A DNA stretch of 64,000 nt from Octopus bimaculoides (Eukaryota), in assembly GCF_001194135.2 (NCBI RefSeq), contig NC_068981.1, forward strand, positions 47,504,739 to 47,568,738. The letters are read 5' to 3'. The translations under genes were made by a program, and so were the position numbers. The notes under the pieces are model-generated. The model was given only the letters and a program-made list of their open reading frames with translations. It had not been told where the DNA came from and did not search any database. Positions 39,555 through 53,052 of this stretch are shown here, piece after piece (positions within the stretch are counted from its first letter, which is position 1; every line of letters begins with the position of its first letter).

Positions 39555-41055
39555 CCTCATAAACGGTTCCAAATCCCTGAGTTCGATCACTGGTGGCAGC
39601 TCGTCGAACATCACCGCTACTCCGGGCGGATCAATTTTGTTTCCGCACATGTCTTTTAGTTCGTGTGTGACCCTCTCGACCACAATGGCCTTCACATTTT
39701 CAGAATAGACATCTGTTGGTAACTTAATTCTTATAATGTGCTTGAATTTAAGAATTTTCTTCTCTGTCTCCTTATTTTTTGAGTAAGTTACAAAATTCCA
39801 ATTGTTTTTCCATCTTCTTGATTTTTTCTCTTCTTCTTCTGTTACTGATGTATTTCCTTCTCGAACTCCATACCACTTATCCCATTCATTGTCAGGTGTT
39901 TCAACTCTCGAAACATTTTCCTTCGCTGGGGAAACCGGCGTCATTATTGCTGTTCCCTTCTCTTGTAAATCCACCTGTTTAGTAGTTGCCTTTCTTTCTT
40001 TCTCTGTCACCTCTTCATCTGCATTCCCTCTGGTTACAGCTTCCTTTCCACTTCTTTTTCTGTTTCTCTGGTGGTGAGTTTGTTCTTCCACTCCTCCTTC
40101 GTTTTCTTTCCATTACCGTAAATCCCTCCTCCGTTGTATTTTCTTCTGTCTCTGTCTGTACTACCTGGTTCGTGTCTTCCTGTTTTTCTGTTGGTTCTCT
40201 CTGCGAGCATCTCGCCTTCATGTGGCCTTTCTCGCCACAGGCAAAACATGTAGGCGGCCTGCCCTCCACTTTCACTCTTAATTTTTGGTCGTCAGGTAGC
40301 GCTATCTCCTCGTCAATTCTATTAAGGTCTTCCACTGTTGCCTGGATAGTCAGTTCAATTCCATATCCCCAATAATCCACACTCTTTGTTCTTGTGGCCT
40401 CCGATATTTTGGCCTCTTCCTTCATGTTGTACTTTATTGCTGTCATGAGCCATGCTTCATCTAGTTCTGAGGGTAGTTTGCCTATTCGCACTCTGGCCAC
40501 ACGTTTGCCACAGTACGACGGCAACAGCACCCATCCCTCCGATCGTATAGCTTCCGTAGAGTTCTTAATTGCTTCTATTTCTGTTGCAAATCATACCACC
40601 ACAGTGGCATACTTTTTTCCTCTAGTTACAAAAGTTGCTTGCTTTCTGATACCTTTCAGGCACTCCTCGATCTACTCAACTGTCGCAAGCTCTATCCTTC
40701 TAGTTGCCACCTTCATGGTTTTAAAAACCACAGTTCTCTTTCTTACACCTTCTGTCCACAGGCGGTGTCAACGTCAGCGTGTTTCCGACCCTCGCCAGCA
40801 ACTTCTCACATTCCTTCATCTTCTTCGGATCAACCTTAATTTCGATTATTTCCAGCTTTCCTTCCTCTGTTTCTTTTCCAGTCGCGGCCGCATAACTTTG
40901 GCCACCTGCCGGTGCTTTCTCCATTTTCCACAACGGGAAGACACAAGAAAACACGAACAATATCAACAATTAACACCAATGATTGACACTCAATTTTACA
41001 ACAAAAAATACTCAACTTTGCAACTCACATAAAAACTCTACTACTACTGACCGAC
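39419..41055 (-). mobile_element. Second Tx1-like element in the satellite, antisense, with only ORF1 visible
   Basis: ORF1 from ATG ~40924 to stop 39549, with frameshifts and stops (KYATVVV*F...VLLPSYCGKRVARVRIGKLPSEL...VEGRPPTCFACGEKGHMKARC). Then 42 A, a 10-N gap and ~80 unique bases. The satellite resumes in register, with ttta at 39415-39418 and 41056-41059. Confidence 0.85.
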
Positions 41056-43295
41056 TTTAAGTAGACTGACATACCAAGTTTCGAACCCGTTAAAGGTACG
41101 TGAGATACCGAAACATTGTGTTCAGCAAATTTAATTATTGAACTCTTCTTCGTTATTTAAATATTCCCTCCAGACCAGAGGAGTCGTAGCAGTCCTATAT
41201 TATCTATAATAAAAATGATGTAGACTGACATACCACATTTCGAACCCGTTAAAGATACGTGAAATAACGAAACATTGTGTTTAGCAAATTAAATTATTGA
41301 ACTCTTCTTCTTTATTTAAATTTCCTCCAGAGGATTCATAACAGTCCTATATTATCTATAAAGCAACTTAAGTAGTCTGACATAGCAAATTCCGAACCCG
41401 TTAAAGGTACGTGGGATACCGAAACGTTGTGTTCAGCAAATTTAATTATTGAACTCTTCTTTATTTAAATATTCCCTCCAGATCTGAGGAGTCATAGCAG
41501 TCCTATATTATCTATAAAACAATTTAAGTAGACTGACCTACCAAATTTCGAACCCGTTAAAGGTACGTGAGATACCGAAACATTGTGTTCAGCAAATTTA
41601 ATTATTGAACTCTTCTTCTTTATTTAAATATTTCCTACAGATGAGTCATAGAAGTCCTATATTATCTATAAAACAATTTAAGTTGACTGACATACCAAAT
41701 TTAGAAACCGTTGAAGGTACGTGACATACCGAAATATTGTGTTCAGCAATTTTAATTTTTTAAACACTTTATCTAAATATTCCCTCCAGAGGACTCATAG
41801 CTGTCCTATATTATCTATAAAAATATTAAGTAGACTGACATACCAAATTACGAACTCGTTAATGGTACGTAAGATACCGAAATATTGTGTTCAGCAACTT
41901 TAATTATTGAACTCTTCTTCTTTATTTAAATATTCCCTCCAGAGGATTCATAACAGTCCTATATTATCTATAAAGCAACTTAAGTAGTCTGACATGGCAA
42001 ATTCCGAACCCGTTAAACGTACGTGAGATGCCGAAACATTGTGTTCAGCAAATTTAATTATGGAACTCTTCTTCTTTAATTAAATATTCCCTCCAGACCA
42101 GAGGAGTCATAGCAGTCCTATATTATCTATAAAGATATTAAGTAGACTGACATTCTAAATTTCGAACCCGTTAAAGATACGTGAAATATCGAAATATTGT
42201 GTTCAGCAAATTTTATTCTGGAACTCTTCTTTTTCATTTACATATTCTCTCCAGAGGAGTCATAGCAGTCCTATATTATCCATAAAAAAAATGAAGTAAT
42301 CTGACATGCCAAATTTCTAACCCGTTAAATGTACGTGAGATACCGAAATATTGTGTTCAGTAAATTTAATTATTGAACTCTTCTTCTTTATTTACATGTT
42401 CCCTCCAGAGGTATCATGGCAGTCCTATATTATCTATAAAAGAATGAAGTATACTGACATACCAAATTTCGAACGCGTTACGGGTACGTGAGATACCGAA
42501 AAATTGTGTTCAGCAAATATAATTACTGGACTGTTCTTCTTTATTTACATATTTCCTCTAGAGGGGTCATAGCAGTTCTATATTGTCTATTTAAAAAAAT
42601 GACGTACACTGACATACCAATTTTCTCACCCGTTAAATGTACTTGAGATACCGAAATATTGTGTTCAGTGAATTTTATTATTGAACTCTTCTTTACTTAC
42701 ATATTCACTCCAGCGGTATCAAAGCAGTCCTATATTATCTATAAACAACTTATGTAGACTGACATACCAAATTTCGATCCCGTTGAAGTTACGTGAGATA
42801 CCGAAATATTGTCTTTAGCATTTTTAATTATTGTACATTTCTTTATTGAAATATTCCCTCCAGTGGAGTCATAGCAGTCCAATATTATCTATAAAAAAAT
42901 GATGTAGACTGACATACCGAATTTCGATCCCGTTGAAGTTACGTGAGGTACCGAAATATTGTGTTCACCAAACTTAATTATTGAACACTTCTTTATTTAC
43001 ATATTCTCTCGAGAGGACTCATAGCAGTCCTATATTATCTATATAAAAAATGAAGTAGTCTGACATACCAAATTTCTAACCCGTTAAAGGTACGTGAGAC
43101 ACCGAAATATTGTTGTCAGCAAATTCAATTATTGACCTCTTCTTCTTTACTTACATATTCCCTCCAGAGGTGTCATAGCAGACCTATATTATCTAAAAAA
43201 CAATTTTTAAAAAAATGAAGTAGACTGACATACTAAATTTCGAACCCGTTGAAGGTACCGAAATATTGTGTTCAGCAAATTTAATTATGGAACTC
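41056..43295. repeat. ~155-bp satellite, right block (about 14 units)
   Basis: Unit starts at 41061, 41220, 41372, 41528 and onward. The array ends in (AAT)n at ~43300. Confidence 0.95.
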
Positions 43296-43357
43296 TTATT
43301 TATTTATTTAATAATAATAATAGTAATAGTAATAATAATGATAATAATAATAAAAGT

Positions 43358-43915
43358 AATGCAGTACAAGGCAGTGGCTCCCATGGCTTCTCATCTTAAT
43401 TGATTGGAAGTGTTATCATGTACATTGGTATTCATCAGAATATTTGCTGTAACGCACCTTTTATACCAACACAAAACAGATTTTCTTGTCAGTTGTTTGA
43501 CCTTAACCAGTTGAGCATGTCATTTAGTGGTTGACAATATGTGCATCTCTGATCATGAGCAGAAGTAGTGGGGGAGCATCATAGCCATTAGTTGAGAGGA
43601 ATTCTTTGGGCTTTGAATAATTCACCTTTGGAATCATGAGTGTTTTTCTCAACATCCTTTAACAAACCTTATTCTGGGACATTTTGAGCGGGATGAGCTA
43701 CTCGACCTGAAGAAAATTCTAACTGGGCCCCACTTGCGAGGTAATGCGCTGTTTATCTTGATATGAGATCACCATGTCGCGTACATATGGTTGTGATGCA
43801 TGTGCCTTGTGTACCCTTATCAGACGGTTAGTCATGTGTATAATGGGCTTCGTATATTTTACCCCAGTGTCACTTTGATGGCATGCCCTGCTCTCTCACT
43901 CAATAATAATAATAA
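43358..43915 (+). mobile_element. Interspersed repeat with (AAT)n tail (same family as 4211-4662)
   Basis: Ends ctgctctctcactcaataataataat. Reverse complement of the 4.2-4.7 kb copy. Confidence 0.8.
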
Positions 43916-43919
43916 ATAT

Positions 43920-44215
43920 TATTATTATCATTATTATTATTGTTATTATTATTTTTATTACTATTATCATCATCATCATCATCATTATCGTTGCCTGTGC
44001 ACAGCTTCTAACGCTGAAGATGTACTACGGTGTTAGATGTTCCCTACCAGTGAACTAAGGTAACACCTCTCATTTTTCGTGCACCTTCGGAGTTTTCGAG
44101 CGGTTCCAAGCAGTGATGTTTTCTTCGAGTGCTCTAACATTATTGCAGCTCCTATTTGTTACACGTACTTCTCAAGATTTTTACTAACTGTTGCCAGGGC
44201 CCCATCCTACATTTT
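43920..44215 (-). mobile_element. RLE-type LINE 3' end (R4/Dong-like) with (AAT/GAT)n tail
   Basis: Minus strand GALATVSKNLEKYV*QIGAAIMLEHSKKTSLLGTARKLRR, then a short UTR and the microsatellite tail. Confidence 0.7.
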
Positions 44216-45489
44216 ATTAAATATTTTAATATATATTTTTTATTTATCAAGAAAGCTCTGCGAATAGGATTAACGCTAAATGACACCGTGTATTCACCAT
44301 CATATTCAAATCGAGATAGGAATGCATATAACAAAAACTGTATCCATTTATTTAGAGACATTTTCCTTAAGTATAAATTGTAAAGCCCCTAAAAGTGAGG
44401 TCGGAATATATGAATTTAGGACGGCTGTTGTTTCGGGTTAAGAACAGTAGATCATGCATGGTGATAGAATGGATATCTTATATCACTTTGAATGAGGGCT
44501 CAATAACTGATAGTCATTAATCTTGGTTATATATTCAACGCGAAAGAAAGTTTTTGTATATAATTTGCTAAGAATCTCATCAGTATATACGGCGTTGCCC
44601 TCCGATCTTTATGAAAACGATGTTATATTTTTATACTTTTGCCATTGTATGTCCAGCAGCACGAGTAAAACTGTGTTTATTTTTTTTCTAATGATCTGTT
44701 CACATACCTCACCTAAAAAAAGGAAAACCCAGATAAACGGTATTATTCACATGGTGTCCCAGAGTGGAAATAAAGTGTCTAATCGCTAGTGCTGAGTCCG
44801 TATATGGGCACAATGTAGGTGACTGGAGAAAATGAAATTGTTCAATCGAATGACATTGAAAACATGTGGCATGAGACTTGTCTGCTCAGTAGAAGGAAGC
44901 AAATCTAACCGTAGAAAAAGGAACCGCTTTACGATAATAATTGAATGAGCGATACTGAGTGAATCAGTTGAGCAGTTCTCTCCGTGCAATATATACTGTC
45001 TCTGTAGCAGCATATTTTAATTCCTTTAGGTACTACTGGTTTCAGTGCTTCGTCTAGCTTAAAGAAAATTAGTGGATATATGTATTCTAAAGTTCCGAAG
45101 AAACATACTAACCGTTGTCATGTACATTTCGCTGTGGATTTGCATTTCATTATTATCATTATTACTATTATTATTATTATTGATTCTTAATATTTATGGC
45201 TAGCGTAAATGCTGTAATTGCATTTCATTGCATTTCAGGAGATTGGGACCTGATGCTTTCTTGAAGCGATTAAGTATTTCACTTCTGGTAACTTAAACTT
45301 TTGCATGTACTATTTCAGGATCAATAGGAGGACTGCCTCTCAAGTTAAAACAACAGTCGATAGAAATTGAGCGCAGGCAATTAGTAAGGTGTGAATTAGT
45401 GTACCTTTCAGAGTTTCTATAATTAGAGGCAACCGGAGTCAGATCGTTGGACTACAAGAAAGAATCATATAAAAGCCAGATCAGAATTA

Positions 45490-45710
45490 CTGGGTAACAA
45501 GAATGTACATAATGCTATTCCATATTTTTGAGATGAGGAAGTATGTACATTATTTTCCTTGGATAGATAGGTATCCTCAACTTTATTATTGTTACCAAAA
45601 CGTTTAGGAGAATGCACTATCCAACCTTCATTAGGTTTTCTGGTGGAATTTTGAACCCAACTCTTTATTTGATTTATGGAGGACTCTGTTCTCATTCGTA
45701 AGGCATTCTT
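45490..45710 (-). mobile_element. Old diverged copy of SINE family 2 body
   Basis: Minus strand ccttacgaatgagaac...gggttcaaaattccaccagaaaacctaatgaaggttgg...ctaaacgttttggtaacaataataaagttgagg...aataatgtacatacttcctcatctc. Confidence 0.6.
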
Positions 45711-47654
45711 TTGTTTTTTGCTTTGTTAATTCTATTGATATTATTTCCCAAGTCCCTGTCTTGGACGGAACACACAATCTGAGAATTAGCACTCTGCGAT
45801 CTTATTCGTTAAGCTATATGCACGTAGACATTTATAGATTGAATTTGGCGGCTTATAAACCTATTATTTCATCTTTACTTTATATCGGATCTACTCTAAA
45901 ATTTATCCTAATCCTCTCCGCCCAGTATTGATCTTGCTGTTGCCTTATCCAATAAGCGTAAACCTAAATCCTACAACATAACTATATATATATATATATA
46001 TATAAAACATAGTTCAATACAGTAAAAACACTAACAACGAACATAATAGCATATACCACACACATAACCATAGGACTATAACCAGCAGAAAACAGGTACG
46101 AACATCACCGCTTCTGAGGAAGGTCGGGATACGGCTAAAATGACTTAATACTAATAGCACTACTACTACTTACGCTGACAAATCTAGTACGACCAGTACT
46201 ACCACCATCACAACCGCCACCACCACCGCCATCACTACTACTACTACTACGCTAGATAATTTTTTGCCGCTTTAGACAAATGCTTCCCAAAATCAAATAA
46301 AGCCATTGTATTTTTAATAGCCACAGTGTGAAGGTCTTTCGTTAATTCTATTAATTTAGAGAAGCATATGCACCGCATTAATAATAGTAAAATAAAAGAA
46401 CAGTTCAATAAACATTGTACTGGAACTGGCAAAATCAAAATTGCAAGAAAGATGTAAACCGGAACGAAAAACACCAGATATGATGCTAGATGCAGTAGTC
46501 ATGATATAGGTAATAACGTCGGAAAGTGAAGTCAGAGCTGCCATATATATACAGCTAGATATAATAAATGCTCATGCAGAGAGAAACTGAGTTGGCCATT
46601 GATGAACCTCTGACTGAGTACAAATCTTGTATATAAATGTACCGTAACACACAAGTGAAGAACTGTATGTTTACATTAACGCAACATGTAATTAATTCAA
46701 GAATCCTTATCGCAAACATGTCACCAGCTTCAAGAAAATGAACAAGGGATATCCAACATTTTTGGCTGATGTTGTGTGGGGACTGAGAGATAAAATTATG
46801 AATAAGATAACTTGGTTCATTGTAAGGCTCTGAAAAACCATATAATATCATTTCCAGGAGATGCTGACCATGCTAAGAAGAATCCCTGCGTATTCTGCAG
46901 ACCAAAGAGATCATTAATAGAATTTCAGAAAACAATTTAAGTTTCTTAAATGTATATAATTGATCTTTCACACAATGCAGTAGGAACAAATATCAGCACA
47001 CGTTTACCTAAGATAATCATAAGTCACCTTAAGGTATAGATGAATTAAATTTAGCTCCAACCTTCCCATTCTTATAAACACCAAGTAGCTATTTAATTCG
47101 CTATATGCTCTTACGTACGCCAAACCACACGTGTGCATATGATTATCTTCATGGATGTTGCTACGCACCAGTGTAGGACATGCGTCATACAACGTATGCG
47201 ATGTCGTTTAACATCTATATCTGTTAACGTTTATATTTAACTTTTTTCGGACTATTGTGTATTCGCGCGCAGACTTGAATGACAAATAACATTATCCTTT
47301 AGAAGAATAGAGGTCATAATTGATTGAATTGATATTAGAAAGCGATAGTCAGTTGAATTGATGCAACGTGGGAAGCAACAACACATGCTTGAGATATTAC
47401 GGCATGATAAATGTAAAGGAAGTAACTTCAAATTGTGAATTTAATTGGAACTATAATCGTTCATATGTTATGAACGTTATTGTTTTTAGTTTAAAACGAT
47501 GGATTCAAGACTAACAGCATCACGTTATTGCATTTAAATTCATTTGTATAGGGATAAATTATTGTAACTTGCTATATAAACCATTGATTCTCTATTTCTC
47601 GGAAGGTAAATTGTTCAGTCGAACATATATATATTTTAAAGTATGAAACGATGT

Positions 47655-47655
47655 G

Positions 47656-47726
<71 letters not shown>
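47655..47726. repeat. (CA)n microsatellite running into a gap
   Basis: Read directly from the sequence. Confidence 0.95.
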
Positions 47727-48175
47727 NNNNNNNNNNNNNNNNNNNNNNNNNNNNNNNNNNNNNNNNNNNNNNNNNNNNNNNNNNNNNNNNNNNNNNNNNN
47801 NNNNNNNNNNNNNNNNNNNNNNNNNNNNNNNNNNNNNNNNNNNNNNNNNNNNNNNNNNNNNNNNNNNNNNNNNNNNNNNNNNNNNNNNNNNNNNNNNNNN
47901 NNNNNNNNNNNNNNNNNNNNNNNNNNNNNNNNNNNNNNNNNNNNNNNNNNNNNNNNNNNNNNNNNNNNNNNNNNNNNNNNNNNNNNNNNNNNNNNNNNNN
48001 NNNNNNNNNNNNNNNNNNNNNNNNNNNNNNNNNNNNNNNNNNNNNNNNNNNNNNNNNNNNNNNNNNNNNNNNNNNNNNNNNNNNNNNNNNNNNNNNNNNN
48101 NNNNNNNNNNNNNNNNNNNNNNNNNNNNNNNNNNNNNNNNNNNNNNNNNNNNNNNNNNNNNNNNNNNNNNNNNNN

Positions 48176-48216
<41 letters not shown>

Positions 48217-48344
48217 TCCTTATTTATATAAAATTATATGCTCCTTTTCCCCTTTACTCCCTTTTATTTGTTTCAGTCATTTGATGTGGCTATGCTGGGA
48301 CACCGCCTTTAGTGTGACAATCGACACCAGAACTTATTCTTTGG

Positions 48345-48615
48345 AAGACTAGTAGTTATTCTATCGGTATCTTCTATTGAACCGCTAGGTTACGGGAACG
48401 TAAACACGACACCATCTGTTTTCAAGCGATGTCGGGTGGACAAACACACACACATGCATATATATGACGTGCTTCTTTCAGTTTCCGTCTACCACAAAGC
48501 TTTGGTCGGCTCGAGGCTATAGTTGAAGACACTTTCCCAAGGTGCCACGCAGTGTGAATGAATTCGGAACCGTGTGGCTGGTAAGCAAGCTACTTATCAC
48601 ACAGCCACTCCTGCT

Positions 48616-48618
<3 letters not shown>
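48345..48618 (-). mobile_element. SINE family 1, near complete
   Basis: Minus-strand head ggagcaggagtggctgtgtgataagtagcttgcttaccagccacacggttccgaattc, then ccttgggaaagtgtcttcaactatagcctcgagccgacc and gacggaaactgaaagaagc. Confidence 0.85.
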
Positions 48619-48651
<33 letters not shown>

Positions 48652-51600
48652 CATACATATATGTGTGTGTGTATAGATAGACATAGAGATATACATACAT
48701 GCATACACGCATTCGTAGAGACATAATTGTGGGCCTCATATGCAGAGTATAAGATATCTATGGTGTATAGATCAAGAATAATTTCTTCAATAGTTAGACA
48801 CTAGTCTGATTGATATTTTAACATTCTGTTAATTCATTTATTACAGCATGCAAAGCGTCTCTGGCTCCTATTGTGAAATTCATTCATGAGATATATCGAG
48901 AAAACATTTTCTTAATTATACTAGATAGAAATATATATTTACTTCTTTATATCTTCTCTGTTGATTACTGTCCGAATAAATATTAGGAATATGAATGAAT
49001 ATGAATTTAATGGACATTCAATCGAACGTCAAAAGTCGCAGCTGATAGTCTTGCTTTTGTCACCAAAGTAAAATAAGAATTTCTCTCCCCTTGTCTTAAA
49101 TTTGTCATCTACCCCCATTCGTTGATTGCTCCGATTGTGTATTCACATCATGAATCGATTTTATGACCGGATAACTCACATATTTTTTAACACTAAGTCT
49201 AATTTTTGGATAACTATGAAAAATTCCATTTTAGAATATATTTCTGCTCTGCTTTCATAAAGTTTTTACATGTTTATTCGTATCGATGTTTATTCGTAGA
49301 GTAAAAGAAAGCACGCTGCAAGAGCAATGAGGTTGTAATTATATACATATGTACCAGTAGTACGGTGTTTTTGTAAATACCATGATAAACTGAGTGCTTT
49401 GAAATTCCATATATTATAGTTAAATCGAAAATTTATATAATATCACCAGTTTATTAAAAAAAAAAAACAATACATAGTTCTACTACCTGAACAGATGTGA
49501 GATTTGTGTGACAGTTTCCTTGTTTTATTTCATTCTACATAGCGATATTGACAACTTACACGCAATATTCAGATATAAATGGTCGAAAACACCACCCACT
49601 ATTAGAGTTTGGCAGAAGTTTTAAATCTACCGATGGACATCACGTTTCATAAATAAACTTTGTAAAATAAAATTAGGAAGGACATAAAGGATATGAAAAC
49701 CTAGATTAATAAATTAGTATTTTCAGATAAAAAAATAATAGCAACAGTTGCATAGGCAGTGATAAATATGGGAGATTGTGGCTTAAAAACATGACGAAGC
49801 AAAATATAGAAAAATAATATCATAAAATCTTGGAATGTTATTTAGTATGGTGATAAATTTATAACCCGGTGTATTTTGGATAATTATATGTAATATTCGG
49901 TATACGTGTTGATACGTATAAAATCTTCGGACACATATATCGGGATATCAGGAATTACTTGTCCATATGACACATCTTAATCAATATTTTGAATGTGCCA
50001 AACTTTAAATAATCATATCCATGGTCATACAAATGAACATCCTGTTGCACAACCTATTTAGTATAATAATATAATCATAACATTGACATAGACAATTTTG
50101 AGCAAATTGCTATAGAAGCAGATCTCAAGAATGCTATTAAAACTTGTATACGAACATAATCAAAGCAATACAAGATTATCAAACTGCTATTCTAAACTTA
50201 TGCAAAAAACTCAGTATTATGTAATAACGTCATACGCCAAGTCCTCTAAAAAATATTTACTACACCATCGTCCCAAAATTCGAGATATGTAATCGAATGC
50301 TTATATACAAATGAATTCTCCATAATATTAAATGATCACAGAGCACATTTTTCAACAATATATAGTTCTAGACGACAAAATCTAGCTATACATTATCAAA
50401 TGCTTAAAGGATTATCAAATGCTTAAAAAACGACATTAGGTTCACGGATTGGGGAATATGTAGGACAATTATTAACTGCGGCAGTCTACTTGGAAATAAA
50501 GCAAATGTTAGAATCCTATGTTTGCATGTCTTATCATTACTCGGTTATGAACTTGGATACTGTTAACTCAATACTAGAATAGAAAATTTATCAGGGGAAT
50601 AATGTACAACAGTAAAGTCGTAGTGGAAAATATCTTGAATATGGAAGTTCCTTACATCCAATTGTTTTGCTCTACGAATCCAGAAATGCATCAGGAAGCT
50701 CGAATGGTTTACATAATGTTTCACAGTAACTGTTACTATCAGTGTAGATATTTCCTGCGTATCCAGTTAATGATTGGTTACATGTTCCGTTAGAAACAGC
50801 TCCAAGTGGTTTTAAAATGAAACAATAACTACATTAAGCTTATGAAACATGATAATCACAGTTTCTCATATAGTGATGCATTTGACTGCCTGTGAAGTCA
50901 GGCGGGGAATCTATGAAGCCAGACAAAATGAGAATACTCGAAATAAAACTATCGAAATGAACCAGTGGATATGTTTCGGCATACATTCAGACAAATATAT
51001 AACCCCGACCGCGATTTCAGATACTGGAAAGCATTATTCAACAATGCTAAGTATGGCAAGAGCAGAATGAAATTGTGACACTCTTACAGACATTCCTAAG
51101 AATTTTGATTTCATGCTTCAGTGCCTACTAACAATACTGGTTTTGCACGAAATTGAACACATGTACAGATTAAACGCTGCTGGGTAATATATAAACACCA
51201 GAACAAGATCTGTAGAGACTTCCTAGGATATAGGAATATATATTCTATGTCAAATCAAATTTACAATATTGCAAAAATATCCTTCTCGCCATTAATTGAA
51301 GCTATAATTTTAACGCCTTTACACATACTTTCACTTCTCTCGATATTATTTTAAGACACTTTCTTCTACATCTCTATGTGTACTATACCTATCAGCAGCA
51401 CTTCAAGCTATATATATATATATATATGTTTGTGTGTGTGTGTGAGCATATTCTCATATATACCATGGTGGTGAGCTTGCTGAGTGTGAACGTATGTATG
51501 TATGTATGTGTGTATAAATGTGTATTATTGTATGTGCGTAATTTTTCTGTATATGTATTAGTGCATTGCTCTGCATATGTGTAGTTCCTGTGTATCTGAG

Positions 51601-52199
51601 TGTATGTTCATGACGGTCTGTGTCTTTGTGTGAGAATATATTTGTGTAAGTATGTGTCTATATATATTACCCTTTTATCTAATTACAATATCTTCCGAAA
51701 CATATTTTTACAAGGAGCAACTGTCGGAATCTGAACTTCTAAGCCGCTCAAATATATACGTTTATCACACAAGCTCTCTTTAAAATTGGTTTTCTACATG
51801 TGAATAACATTTTCATTTTGCTTAAAGTGCATGAATGACAGCAATATGTATTATGAAATTTCCATTTGTCAAATAGTTATGTGTGCCGTTACTATAATAA
51901 TTAGCTAAACTAGTTACTCCTTTGACACTTCTAAAGCGGGAGTATCCAAGAAGGATTCAATGAATATAGTTTTTTTTTATGTGCATATATCATAAGACTA
52001 GTGCAGAAGCAGACAAATATTTATGATGTTTATGGGAAGAACTTTGAAAACGAAATTTTTAAAAGAAATTTGATAAAGGTAGTTTGAAATTTTAGGGGAT
52101 GATTTCAGGTTAAACATTGCTCCAAAGATATGTCATTGAGTTCTTACATGTTCAGGGAAATGTGTTGTAATAGTATATGAAGTAACCCGGAATCTGCAC

Positions 52200-52650
52200 T
52201 CGGGTCATTCAACAAGTCATCAGGCTTTCCAAAGAGTTGACAGGCACCTCAACTTTGACAATGTGACCCCGTAGTTTGACAGTAAACAACTTTACAACAC
52301 AGGTGGATATCTGAATTTCTCAGTTATCTCCAGAACGCCAACTAGAATTCAAAGACCTTCATGACTTGTAATGAAAACTGGATAATTTGTGAGAAAAGTA
52401 AGCGACACAGAGAGTGATGTAGCGAAGACATACTAATCGAAACTGTAGCAAAAATAGGATGTCCATCCCTGAAAGTAGTGCTTGGTAGGATTATGTCACT
52501 GTAATCCATTTAGTGAAACTATTGCAGCAGACGATTCTATCAGCAGTTAAAAAAGTTTAAGAACAGTGGTTTAAATCATTAATCACAAGGTTTTGATGTT
52601 ATTCCATGGAAATACATGGAAATAAATCAATGCAGCAAGTGAGAAACGTG
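52200..52650 (+). pseudogene. Heavily decayed mariner (Mos1-like) transposase relic
   Basis: Segments read TCNENWIICEKSKRHRE*C and TVAKIGCP...W*DYVTVIH, resembling the mariner VTGDEKW and KVML..WWD motifs. Confidence 0.5.
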
Positions 52651-53004
52651 TCAAAATCTCCATATCAAATAGTACGTCCTCCGCCTGGTGAAAACCTGTA
52701 CTGATGTACTAGTATGAATGTAGAGAAAAAAGTGTAAACCAATCTCTCACGATTCTTAATCGTTTAATTCATCTCTAACGTGATTCTAGTAGCATATTAG
52801 CATTATGAATATTTCACGCAAGCAAGTAAAACCTAAGTACTATAATATAAGAGAAAATTAAATAATGTTTTGCACTAGTTTACAAAATCAATATGTAATG
52901 AATTGTTAGTACATTTTTCCTTTTAATTTAGTTGTATTTAATTTAGTTTTTCTAAATGTCCTATATGATCTTACACGGATTCGTACAATTTTAAATGTTT
53001 CACG

Positions 53005-53052
<48 letters not shown>

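Noticed and set aside
41075-41125. Homology between the satellite and SINE family 2 (ggttcgaaattt; gaaacattgtgtt)
   Set aside because: The two short matches lie on opposite strands relative to each other, so this is likely coincidence.
41478-41510. Hammerhead in the satellite (ctgaggagtc / cagatgagtc variants)
   Set aside because: There is no closing stem II or downstream GAAAC, and the CTGA form occurs in a single variant unit.
32855-43295. CRISPR-like interpretation of the regular array
   Set aside because: The units are contiguous ~155-bp monomers with no unique spacers or cas genes, and the context is eukaryotic.
46250-46920. GC-richer segment suspected to be a transposase remnant
   Set aside because: No diagnostic motif in any frame examined.
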